From: an uncultured delta proteobacterium
GTDB lineage: Bacteria > Desulfobacterota > Binatia > UBA9968
DNA length: 64,000 nucleotides
Reading direction: 5' to 3'
Assembly: GCA_963755715.1 (NCBI GenBank)
Contig: CAVWLW010000075.1
Coordinates: 1 to 64,000 of the forward strand
Every line of letters begins with the position of its first letter. Positions within the stretch are counted from its first letter, which is position 1. A program made the position numbers and the translations under genes. The notes below the pieces were generated by a model that made no database searches, had not been told where the DNA came from, and saw nothing but the letters and a program-made list of their open reading frames with translations. This document shows, one piece after another, positions 46,993-56,208 of this stretch.

Positions 46993-48225
46993 ATGCGAAC
47001 CATTGCAGAACAGACTTCCGTACAAGAATCATCGAATCGCACGGCAATTTTTTCAATCGTCTGCAGCGCTCACTTCATCAACCATTTTCAATCCGCCATG
47101 CTCGGCGTGATTTACCCGCTGATGATGAAGGAATTGGGCATGACGTACATCGCGATCGCTTCGCTCGCCGCCGTGTACAATACCCTAGGCAGCGTCTTTC
47201 AGGCCGCCTACGGATTTGTCGTCCCCTACGTTCGGCGCGGCGTGATCCTCGGCGTCGGCAACTGCGTGCTGGGACTCTCCGTCGCCGCCGCGGGCTTCGC
47301 ATCTAACTTCAATCATTTTTTTACCGCCCGCCTGATTGGCGGCATCGGCTCCAGCCCGCAACACCCGGTCGGATCAAGCATGCTCGCAAGTCATTTCGGC
47401 GCCGCGCGCGGACGCACATTGGCTTTTCATTCCACGGCGGGACAGATCGGCAGTTTGTTGGCGCCGTTGTTGGCCGCGGTGATGGTGACCTATATAGGGT
47501 GGCGCAGCGTTTTTTGGCTGGTCGGGTCTTTCGCGACAATCATCGGCATCATCTGTTTCGTTTTTCGCGACACGCTGCGCTCGGCGTCGTCGGAGCAACA
47601 AAAATCACGTCTGACTCCGGTCGGCTGGGACGCCTATAAGGCTTGCTTCAAGGACAAGAATATTCTGCTCGTGTCGCTGGTCTTTATGGCCGGGGCCGCA
47701 GGCCGCGGCCAAGACATCAATGAAGTCTACATCATTCCCCACTTCGTCCATGATTTTAACATCAGCATCACTTACGGCGCTTTTCTTTTCACCTTTATCC
47801 AGGTGGGGAGTCTGATCGGGCCGTTTGTGTGGGGCTGGATTTCGGACCGCTTCGATCGCAAGTTGGTGATTCAAGCGTCACTGCTCATGTCGGCGCTGTG
47901 CACTCTCTGGCTCGCTTGGCAGCAGCATATTTCCACCGGACTTTTCGTCAATCTGGTGATCTACGGCGCGGCGGTCACGTCGCGTCAGACGCTGACACAG
48001 GCGCTGCTCGCCGATCTCGTCGGCGAAGAGCTTTTCGATGCCGCATTCAGCCTCTATTATTTTATCGGTTTTGTTTCGATTCCTTTTTGGACGCTGATTA
48101 CCGGCGGCGTCATGACGAAATATGGTTTCGGGCCGGCGTTCACCGTGATCTCGACTTCTTATCTGCTCGCCATGAGCCTTCTAGTTCTGCTGCGCGCACC
48201 GGCAAAAGCACAGAGGCTTGGCTAA
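46993..48225 (+). CDS. MFS transporter (Fsr-like)
   Basis: About 12 TM segments; AHFINH, ARLIGGIGSSPQHP and GWISDRFDRK. Confidence 0.92.
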   Translation: MRTIAEQTSVQESSNRTAIFSIVCSAHFINHFQSAMLGVIYPLMMKELGMTYIAIASLAAVYNTLGSVFQAAYGFVVPYVRRGVILGVGNCVLGLSVAAAGFASNFNHFFTARLIGGIGSSPQHPVGSSMLASHFGAARGRTLAFHSTAGQIGSLLAPLLAAVMVTYIGWRSVFWLVGSFATIIGIICFVFRDTLRSASSEQQKSRLTPVGWDAYKACFKDKNILLVSLVFMAGAAGRGQDINEVYIIPHFVHDFNISITYGAFLFTFIQVGSLIGPFVWGWISDRFDRKLVIQASLLMSALCTLWLAWQQHISTGLFVNLVIYGAAVTSRQTLTQALLADLVGEELFDAAFSLYYFIGFVSIPFWTLITGGVMTKYGFGPAFTVISTSYLLAMSLLVLLRAPAKAQRLG

Positions 48226-48298
48226 GTCCTCGAACGGTAAAATCCCAATGAAACGCGTGACGTCTCTTCCGCATATCGATGAAGCCCAAGGAAACAGG

Positions 48299-49117
48299 AT
48301 GACGAAAGATTCTTCATTCGCTCCTTCCTTGCTCGCTTCGGTAGTGATTCATCTCGCGGCGCTTATCTCGGTATCCGTGCTGATGGGTCATCAGAGCCGA
48401 CTCTCCACCCAAGACTTAATTCCGATATCGCTGTTGGAACCGCCGCAGGAAACAAATACAACTCCCGCGCGCGCCAAAGACAGCCTTATTGAAAAAAAGA
48501 AACTTGAGCCCGCGCCGCAGCAGCAACAGGCGCAAAAGCCAACGCTGCGAAGCAAAAACGAGCAAGTTAAGATCGAGCCTCCGTCTCCGGTGAAACCCAA
48601 AGAAGAACCGGCAAAATCCAGCGACAATAAAGCGCCGCCGGCGCCGCCGATAGAGCGAGTCTTGCCGGAGAGCGCCAATGACGAAGGCGGCGGCGCCCCC
48701 GTCGGGGCGAGCACGTTTTCCTCCAAAGCCGATAGCGGCGTCACACCGGGCTCAGGAAGCGCAGGCGGAGGTGGCACTGCCGTCGCCGGACTCGGCCGCG
48801 GTGACGGGGCCCCGGGTTTGCCAGCGCCCTCCGGCCCGCTTCGAACGAATCGCGAAGCGAAGCCGATTCAAACGGTCCGCGCCGCCTATCCACCGATGGC
48901 GTTGCGCGCCGGACTCGAAAGCGATGTGACATTGAGAATCGAAGTCGATCCTAACGGCAAAGTGACCAAGGCGGAAATCATCAGGGGCGGCGGTGCGGGC
49001 TTCGATGAAGAAGCCTTAAAAGCCGTCCAGCAATCGCGCTTCGAGCCCGCGCAAAAAGACGGTCAAAACGTGCCGGCCGTGTTTACCTACGTTTATCACT
49101 TCAGACTACAAAAATGA
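48299..49117 (+). CDS. tonB: Energy transducer TonB (start uncertain)
   Basis: SVVIH TM motif, Pro/Lys-rich linker, YPPMA...G.V...FDEEALKAV..RFEPA. Confidence 0.9.
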   Translation: MTKDSSFAPSLLASVVIHLAALISVSVLMGHQSRLSTQDLIPISLLEPPQETNTTPARAKDSLIEKKKLEPAPQQQQAQKPTLRSKNEQVKIEPPSPVKPKEEPAKSSDNKAPPAPPIERVLPESANDEGGGAPVGASTFSSKADSGVTPGSGSAGGGGTAVAGLGRGDGAPGLPAPSGPLRTNREAKPIQTVRAAYPPMALRAGLESDVTLRIEVDPNGKVTKAEIIRGGGAGFDEEALKAVQQSRFEPAQKDGQNVPAVFTYVYHFRLQK

Positions 49118-49152
49118 TCCAACAGTCGTCACCATTAGAAAGGAGATTTAAC

Positions 49153-49761
49153 ATGGCAAGTAGTTCTCACTCTTCCCACGGACACGATCCCCATCATTGG
49201 GATTCAGCTGAATATGTTTCGAATTGGGCAAAGGGGCAGGATCCCAAGGAAAGAAATCGGCAAGAAGCGTTCCGCTTGCTCGCGGATACCATTCCGTTCA
49301 ACAAAACACTTCCGATCCGCATCTTGGATCTCGGCGCCGGTTACGGCGGATTAACGAAGTTTTTGCTCGAAAGTTTTCCCAACGCCACGGCCGTGTGTCA
49401 GGACGGTTCGAAAGAGATGGCCAAGCTCGGCGGCGAGCGTATGAACAATCTCGCCGGGCGATTCGAATACGTTCTCTGCGATTTTGCCGAGCCTGGCTGG
49501 AGCCAAAACCTCAAAGGACCTTTCGAAGCCGTGGTTTCGTCGATCGCGATTCATAACGTTGGCGAGCCGAAAATTATTCAGAGCATCTACGAAGATGTTT
49601 TCCCGTTGGTGAAAACCGGTGGCTGCTTTTTAAATTTCGATCGGCACCGTCCGCCGATCGCGGATCAAATGCAGTGGCTGCGCGGCGCCGGCTTCGCCGA
49701 CGTGCAATGTTTTTGGCAGGACGAAAACCGCGCCGTATTCGGCGGTTTCAAGCGAGCCTAA
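49153..49761 (+). CDS. Class I SAM methyltransferase with a His-rich N-terminus (paralog of 21800-22396)
   Basis: MASSSHSSHGHDPHHW and ILDLGAGYG; AGGAG RBS. Confidence 0.9.
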   Translation: MASSSHSSHGHDPHHWDSAEYVSNWAKGQDPKERNRQEAFRLLADTIPFNKTLPIRILDLGAGYGGLTKFLLESFPNATAVCQDGSKEMAKLGGERMNNLAGRFEYVLCDFAEPGWSQNLKGPFEAVVSSIAIHNVGEPKIIQSIYEDVFPLVKTGGCFLNFDRHRPPIADQMQWLRGAGFADVQCFWQDENRAVFGGFKRA

Positions 49762-49768
49762 ACAAACC

Positions 49769-50779
49769 ATGCGAGTGAAGTTGATACTGCTCCTGGCTTT
49801 GCCGTGGTTTTGCGTGAGCCTCGGCTGCTCGAGAAAAGAACCCAGCCGTGCGCCGGATGCTGCGCAAAAATTAAAGGTCGTCACGACGGTAGCGCCGATC
49901 ACCAGCATCGTGGAGAACGTCGCCGGCGACAAGGCGGACATCGCCGGTATCATCCCGGAAGGGATCAATTCGCACACTTTCGAGCCGGCGCCGTCGGATA
50001 GCAAGTTGCTGAGCAAGGCCGACATAATTATTTTCAACGGGCTCGACCTTGAGACACCGACGGTAAAGCTCGCGCAAGCCAACTTGAAACAAGGAGCGGC
50101 GATCTATTCACTCGGCGACAAAACGATCAAGGAAGACCAGTACATTTACGACTTCAGCTTTCCCAAGGAACAGGGCCATCCCAACCCGCACCTCTGGTTG
50201 AATCCCGAATACGCGATGCGCTACGCGGCTCTGGCGCGCGATGAGCTCATTCGCCTCGATCCGAAAAACAAGAACTCGTATGAAACTAATAGCGCGCAGT
50301 TCATAAAAAAACTCGAAGCGCTTGATCAGGCGATTAAAGACTCGATTCAGACCATTCCGACGGGCCAACGTCGCCTGCTCACTTATCACGACTCGTGGCC
50401 CTATTTTGCGCGCCGTTATGGCTTCCAAGTGATCGGCGCGGTGCAACCGTCCGACTTCGCCGATCCGAGCCCCAAGGAAGTAATCCGACTGATCGAACAG
50501 ATCCGCAAAGAAAAAGTTCCGGCCGTCTTCGGGTCCGAGGTTTTTCCGAGTCCGGTGCTCGCGCAGATCGCACGAGAAGCAAAAAGCCGATATATAGACA
50601 AGCTCAGAGACGACGAGCTGCCCGGCAAACCCGGCGATCCGCAGCATTCTTATATCGGCATGATGGTGGAAAATATGACGATCATGTTCGAAGCCCTGGG
50701 CGGCTCCGCAGATGCGCTGAAGAAAGTCGAGCCGGCGCCGGTCGCGGGTTCGCACGCCGACTATCGGAGAAAGAACTGA
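49769..50779 (+). CDS. Cluster A-I (ZnuA/TroA/MntC-like) metal-binding lipoprotein
   Basis: SLGC lipobox; ligands SHTFEP, PNPHLW, YHDSW and acidic LRDD. Confidence 0.93.
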   Translation: MRVKLILLLALPWFCVSLGCSRKEPSRAPDAAQKLKVVTTVAPITSIVENVAGDKADIAGIIPEGINSHTFEPAPSDSKLLSKADIIIFNGLDLETPTVKLAQANLKQGAAIYSLGDKTIKEDQYIYDFSFPKEQGHPNPHLWLNPEYAMRYAALARDELIRLDPKNKNSYETNSAQFIKKLEALDQAIKDSIQTIPTGQRRLLTYHDSWPYFARRYGFQVIGAVQPSDFADPSPKEVIRLIEQIRKEKVPAVFGSEVFPSPVLAQIAREAKSRYIDKLRDDELPGKPGDPQHSYIGMMVENMTIMFEALGGSADALKKVEPAPVAGSHADYRRKN

Positions 50780-50781
50780 GA

Positions 50782-51645
50782 ATGGTAAATCCGCACGACC
50801 ATCGGCCCGGCGATCCACACAGTCTCCATCCTCCCGGCGTCGAAGAACGCTCTTACACTCGCCTCGCCGGCGTCCCGTTCGTGGAGCTGGCGAATGTCAG
50901 CAATGGCTACGGCGCCACGCCGGCGCTGACGAACGTTTCGTTAAAGATCTGGCCGGGACAGTTTATGGCGATCGTTGGGCCCAACGGCGGCGGCAAGACG
51001 ACCTTGCTGCGCACGATCCTCGGCATGGTATCGACGACGACGGGGAAAGTTCTGCTGCGCGGGCGGGAAGCAAAACGTTCGGCACTGGAGCGGATCGGCT
51101 ACGTGCCGCAACTGGAAACCATCGACTGGAACTTTCCGATCACCGTCGAGGAAGTGATTTCCATGGGGTTCTTCGTCAAGAGTCGCTGGTTCGGTGGCAT
51201 CGGTGAGAAGGAAAAGCGCAAACTTCAGGAAATCATGAAGCGGTTGAATCTAGACGGCCTCGGCGCTCGCCATATTCGTGAGCTTTCCGGCGGCCAGCAA
51301 CAGGCGGTGTTTATCGGCCGCGCCCTCCTCGGCGATCCCGAATTGATCCTGCTCGACGAGCCGGCGTCCGGACTCGACATTCGCTCACGCGATGACGTGA
51401 TTCACTTCCTCCACGAGATCAATCACGAAGGGGTCGCCATCGTGCTGACGGCCCACGATTTGAACTGGGTGGCCGCCCACTTGCCTTGGGCGGTGTGTCT
51501 CAACCATCGACTGATTGCCGAAGGCCGGCCCCATGAAATTTTTAACGCCGACGTCTTAAAAGAAGTTTACAGCGGCGAGCTTGTTGTCATGCATCAAGAC
51601 GGCATGGTCATGATCGGCGAACGCCCCCACGCACCGCACAACTAA
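50782..51645 (+). CDS. Metal ABC transporter ATPase (ZnuC-like)
   Basis: GPNGGGKTT, IGYVPQ, LSGGQ and LLDEP; His-rich termini. Confidence 0.95.
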   Translation: MVNPHDHRPGDPHSLHPPGVEERSYTRLAGVPFVELANVSNGYGATPALTNVSLKIWPGQFMAIVGPNGGGKTTLLRTILGMVSTTTGKVLLRGREAKRSALERIGYVPQLETIDWNFPITVEEVISMGFFVKSRWFGGIGEKEKRKLQEIMKRLNLDGLGARHIRELSGGQQQAVFIGRALLGDPELILLDEPASGLDIRSRDDVIHFLHEINHEGVAIVLTAHDLNWVAAHLPWAVCLNHRLIAEGRPHEIFNADVLKEVYSGELVVMHQDGMVMIGERPHAPHN

Positions 51646-51745
51646 CATCGCAATTGATGTTCAAAAGCCGCAACCGTTCAACATAAAGTCGCAGAATTTG
51701 AAACCACTGCGTAGTTTTATCTAAGTAACGATTCTTGAACCTCCA

Positions 51746-52582
51746 ATGTCTCTTCTAATTCCCTTCGAATACGAATTTTTTCGTAACGGCTTCATTGCAG
51801 CGGTAGTGATCGGTGCGCTCTGCGGCTTTATCGGCGTCTATGTCGTCCTGCGGCGCATGAGCTACATCGGCCACGGCCTGTCCCACGCTATCTTCGGTGG
51901 CGCGGTGCTCAGCTACGTGCTGAACATTAATTTTTTTATCGGCGGCGGGCTCTGGGCGTTACTCGCCGGCGTTTTGATTCACTGGATCAGCCACCGCCGT
52001 TGGGTCGGCGCTGATGCGGCTATCGGCGTCGTGACGACGTCCAGCTTCGCTCTTGGCGTCGCGATCATTTCCACGCACCGGACCTTTACGCGCAACATCG
52101 AAGCCGCGCTCTTCGGCAACATCCTCGGCATCACCGGGACCGACGTCTGGATCGTCGTCCTCGTCTCCCTGATCGTCTCCTGCGCGCTTTTTCTAATTCG
52201 CCGACCGCTGCTCTTCGCCACGTTCGATCCCGAGGTGGCATCGGCGTACGGCGTTTCCACCGGCAAGATCGATCTTCTTTTCATCATCCTCTTGGCGGCG
52301 ACCGTGCTCGCTTCGACGCAGATTCTCGGCGTAACTTTGGTCGCCGCCGCCATGGTCATCCCGCCGGTAATCGCGCGCTACTTGACGCAGCGTTTTCAAA
52401 CCCTGCTGATCGTCTCGCCGCTGCTCGGCGCATTTTGCGGCGGCGCGGGGATGTTTTTGAGCTTCTCTTTCGACATCTCTTCCGCCGCGACGATCGTGCT
52501 GACGTCGGCGGCGCTGTTTTTCTTGTTGGAATTGATCTTGATTGCGCGCAGCGCGAAACCCAGTGCCATGCACTACCAATAA
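51746..52582 (+). CDS. Metal ABC transporter permease (ZnuB-like, ABC-3)
   Basis: LRRMSYIGHGLSH, DAAIG, LFGNILG and FDPE.A. Confidence 0.95.
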   Translation: MSLLIPFEYEFFRNGFIAAVVIGALCGFIGVYVVLRRMSYIGHGLSHAIFGGAVLSYVLNINFFIGGGLWALLAGVLIHWISHRRWVGADAAIGVVTTSSFALGVAIISTHRTFTRNIEAALFGNILGITGTDVWIVVLVSLIVSCALFLIRRPLLFATFDPEVASAYGVSTGKIDLLFIILLAATVLASTQILGVTLVAAAMVIPPVIARYLTQRFQTLLIVSPLLGAFCGGAGMFLSFSFDISSAATIVLTSAALFFLLELILIARSAKPSAMHYQ

Positions 52583-52602
52583 GGATGTCGGCAAGAAACC
52601 GC

Positions 52603-52631
52603 TTGATCGTTTCCCAGACCGTGTATAGAAT
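52603..52631 (+). promoter_or_regulatory. sigma70 promoter for the RAPP leader ORF
   Basis: TTGATC-N17-TAGAAT. Confidence 0.6.
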
Positions 52632-52651
52632 CGCGCTATCGTGGTCTTTTG

Positions 52652-53026
52652 ATGAAACCTATCGCTCTTCGCCCCCGGCCACTCATCACACGCAGCGCGT
52701 CCGCGCTCTGGGCTGCGTCTTTTCTGTTTTTCTTACTCTATTCCGCGCCCCATCAGGTACATCATTTTTTCGATCAGTTTCCCCAAGCGCATCAACACGA
52801 TGCTGATCATGAACATGCGCCCACCGATCGCAACAACCGTTCTGCCGCCGACTCTAACTGTGTCTTTCAAGTCGCGGCAAGCCGATGTCATCTCGGCTTG
52901 GCGTCGCAAGTTATTCCTGCTTCGCTGCCAATCCTAGTCCGCCCTCTCAGCTTCTTCCACGCCAGCGACCGCGGTGCCGATCCTTTCCCGACAGCATTCC
53001 AGAGCCGCGCTCCTCCACTAGTCTAA
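52652..53026 (+). CDS. His-rich DUF2946/CruR-like leader protein with a C-terminal RAPP ribosome-arrest motif
   Basis: N-terminal TM, HQVHH..HQHDADHEH, C-x8-C, ends FQSRAPPLV*. Confidence 0.8.
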   Translation: MKPIALRPRPLITRSASALWAASFLFFLLYSAPHQVHHFFDQFPQAHQHDADHEHAPTDRNNRSAADSNCVFQVAASRCHLGLASQVIPASLPILVRPLSFFHASDRGADPFPTAFQSRAPPLV

Positions 53027-53331
53027 CTGACCTCACATCAGCAGTTATTTCCAAATACGCGCGCTATTGCCAGGCCCTCAAGCAATCAGGCGCGCGCGAA
53101 GTAGTTTTCCAGGGGAGTCTATGAAGCGCTGTTTCAGCATCGCGCTTGACGCGCTCTGTCCCAATTTAACCTTAACCGACAGCGGGTCAGATAATCGCGG
53201 CTTCGGCGCCGAACGTCACGAGGTTTCAACGGCGAGAGACACCCATGTAACTCATGGAGATTGCACATTGACCATCGTTGACAAATCTCCATGAGAAGCA
53301 ATCTCGACAGAACAAGTTTACGGAGATACCA

Positions 53332-54149
53332 ATGACAAGTTCAAAATTAAAAATATTCTTGCTGATCAGCGCGGCGCTAATCTTGCCGCGCTCAGTCCAG
53401 GGCCACGACGGCTGGATCCAGGTCACCAGATCGTCGAAAAGGGTCAGCCAGTGTCTATTGCGCTCATGCACGGCAACCACTCCAACGAACATGGAAGTTT
53501 TCGTCTCGCCGGCAAATGGGATGCGCAGTACACGAAATTGCTCGTTATCGATCCGTCCGGAAAAATAAGCGATCTCACCAACACAATTGTCGACCTCGGG
53601 GAAGATCCCGAGAAGACCGGACCCAAGGGTCCGAAAGGTTCTCATCTGGCGCGGTTCACGCCAAAAACAGACGGCGTTTATATCGTGCTGGCTCGACAGG
53701 AGCGAAGCCTGCAACAAGGGGACGGGCCCAAACTGCGGACGATGAGAAACGCCAGATCGGCATTCGTTGCGCTGGGCAATCCGAAGGTCGTCGAGGCACA
53801 AAAGGCGAAAGGCTTCGAGAGAACCTTTGCGCTGAACAATCTTTTGGAGATCGTCCCGATGAGCAATCCTTTCAGCACGACCGAGAAAGGCACTCTGATC
53901 CTGCAAGTGCTATTAAATGGCCAACCGGCAGCAAACCAGTCAGTGACTGTCATTGGCCAAATGGCCAGCGCGGCGTCGGCGCAAGATCTGAAAACCGATA
54001 GCCAGGGACGTGTTCACGTCACGGTCGGTGCGCCGGACACCTATCTTGCCCGGGTCAAGTTTGACGAAGACGTCCGTCAATCATCCGAGCAAACTGACAA
54101 GAGTTCTTACGAGGCGACGTATGTCTTTCAAGTTTTCAATCGCAGCTAA
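53332..54149 (+). CDS. DUF4198-family periplasmic metal-binding protein (frameshift at ~53425)
   Basis: Signal peptide VQG|HDGW; HGNHSNEH, LEIVP..NP, VLLNGQP, TDSQG and YEATYVF. Confidence 0.85.
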
Positions 54150-54498
54150 TCTCGCTCTGGCCGCGCTGTTTTGTGCCCGGATTCAGCCCGCTTTCGGACA
54201 CGCTTATCCAATCATCGTGTCTCCGGCTGACGGCGCCTCGCTCAAAGAATCGCCGCGCGAAGTCCGGATGCAATTTACCGAGGGTATCGAGCTCGCGTTC
54301 AGCCGGATCACGGTGAAGGGAGCCAAAGGCGAAGTGGTAGGCCAAGGTAAATTACGTCAATTGGCCGATGACACCGTCGCGATCGACCTGAAGCCTTTAA
54401 GCGCCGGAAATTATACCATCGAATGGCAAGTACTCTCCGTCGATACCCATATAACGGAAGGCACGCTGCACTTCACGTTCAGCCCGGGCGGTAAATAG
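54121..54498 (+). CDS. copC: Copper resistance/uptake protein CopC
   Basis: Signal peptide then HAYP..SPADG; Y.IEWQVLSVDTH..EG..F; no Met-rich loop. Confidence 0.93.
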   Translation: MSFKFSIAANLALAALFCARIQPAFGHAYPIIVSPADGASLKESPREVRMQFTEGIELAFSRITVKGAKGEVVGQGKLRQLADDTVAIDLKPLSAGNYTIEWQVLSVDTHITEGTLHFTFSPGGK

Positions 54499-54506
54499 TC
54501 ACGTCT

Positions 54507-55765
54507 ATGCTCGCGCTCGAAGCTATTGTCTCGGCATTGAGTTTTATCGCTCTCGCGCTGTTTCTTGGACAGATCGTCGCCGCCGGTTTTTTATTGCCGG
54601 GCGGCGAGCCGCGGACGTTTCGCGCGAGTCTCATGCATGGGGGTTTAATCTCGTTGAGCGCATTTCTTGGCATCGCGCTCATCGCTCTATTTTTGCAAGG
54701 CGCAAAAATTCAGCGCGCGATCCCATCGCTCGAGTTGCTTTGGCGCTATCTTACGATGACGCAAAGCGGTCACGTCTGGCTTGGACGGGAAACCTACGGT
54801 GCGGCATTGATTCTAATTGTTTGGACTTTTGTGAAAAAGGCGAACGGTGTCAAAGCCGTTCGAACCTTCGCGGTACTGGCCCTGCCGCTGGTCGCAAGCC
54901 GCAGTTTGATGAGTCATGCCGCGGCGCTGCGCGAAGGCGCCGCCGTGGCGATCGCCGCCGACGCGCTCCATTCAATCGCGACGGCGCTTTGGGCTGGCGG
55001 TTTGATGGCTCTCTGCCGAGTACTTTTCCTCGCCGCCAAACGCTGGCCACAAGCCGCTTCGTGGCGTGCGGAAATCGTCAATCGCTTCTCTCGTCTCGCT
55101 CTTGTCAGCGTCGCGCTGATTATCGCCACGGGTACCTATCAAAGCTGGATCCACGTCGGCGGTTTCGAAACACTGGTCAATACCGACTATGGAAAGACTC
55201 TGATACTCAAACTAGTATTTTTCGTTCTTATGCTCGGATTAGGTGCGTTGAATTTATTCGCGACAAAACCCCTGCTGAAACGCCTCGCACCGCCGGCGAC
55301 AACCAGCCATCGGAGAACAGGAAATCATTGCGGAGAATCGCCGTCGAAAGTATTATGGGTTTGCTAATTTTCAGCGCCACGGGCTTGCTGACCGTGCTTC
55401 CACCAGGAGTTCATGCCGTCCACCAAGCCGCCACGATGAATCGATCCGCCATCTCAACGACCGCCACCGGCACGGCTCAACCGCTGATGCTCGCAGAAGG
55501 CGCTCGGGTTAAGATTTTGTCTCCTGCACCGCAGCAAATATTCACCGGTGACAAAGTGCCGTTAAAATTCACTTTAACCAAGGGCAAGCGCGGCGCGCAC
55601 GTGCACGCGTACATCGACGGTGAATTATTGGGCATGTTTGAAAGCCAACAGGGAACCTTGAATGGCATCACGCCGGGTCGTCATACATTGGAGCTGCGTG
55701 TCGTCGCCGCTGATCATCAAACGGAATTGGATGCCAAGGATCGTATTGAATTCATCGTCAAATAG
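54507..55765 (+). CDS. copD: CopD fused to a C-terminal HVH-motif periplasmic domain (frameshift at ~55290)
   Basis: SHAAA, DALH..A..LWAGG, RFS and T.YG..L..K; the second frame ends ...HVHAYIDG...GRHTLEL...DHQTEL. Confidence 0.85.
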
Positions 55766-55780
55766 GTTGAAGAGGGAAAT

Positions 55781-56194
55781 ATGAAATTTTTGAATTTGGC
55801 CGCTGCCTTCTTGTCCGTGGGTTTCGTCGCAGTCGCTCAAGAGGGCCACGACCACATGAAGAGCATGGAGACGCCAACCAAGCAGACTGAGAAAACGGCG
55901 GCGAAATCGGCTCTGAAGCCGGCTCAGGGCGCCAGCGTCAAAATTGTTTCTCCTAAAGCGGGCCAGGTCATCAAGGGCGACTCCGTACCGCTCGAGTTCA
56001 AACTGACCAAGGGCAAGATCGGCGAGCATGTTCATGCTTACGTCGACGGCGAGATGGCGGGCATGTTCAAAGGCGCCAAGGGAACCTTGAATGGCATCAA
56101 GCCGGGCCAACACACTCTAGAGCTCCGAGTCACCACCGGCGATCACAACACCGAGTTAAATGCCACTGACACCGTGCAGTTTGTCGTCAAATAG
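55781..56194 (+). CDS. Exported His-containing protein, stand-alone paralog of the CopD C-terminal domain
   Basis: Signal peptide, GHDHM, VKIVSP, HVHAYVDG, GTLNGIKPGQHTLELRV and DHNTEL. Confidence 0.85.
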   Translation: MKFLNLAAAFLSVGFVAVAQEGHDHMKSMETPTKQTEKTAAKSALKPAQGASVKIVSPKAGQVIKGDSVPLEFKLTKGKIGEHVHAYVDGEMAGMFKGAKGTLNGIKPGQHTLELRVTTGDHNTELNATDTVQFVVK

Positions 56195-56208
56195 AGAAAG
56201 GATTTGTT

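Noticed and set aside
53121-53294. 57-codon ORF with a GGGGAG RBS between the RAPP leader and DUF4198
   Set aside because: No recognisable motif; it may be a remnant or part of the regulatory spacer and cannot be supported as a gene.
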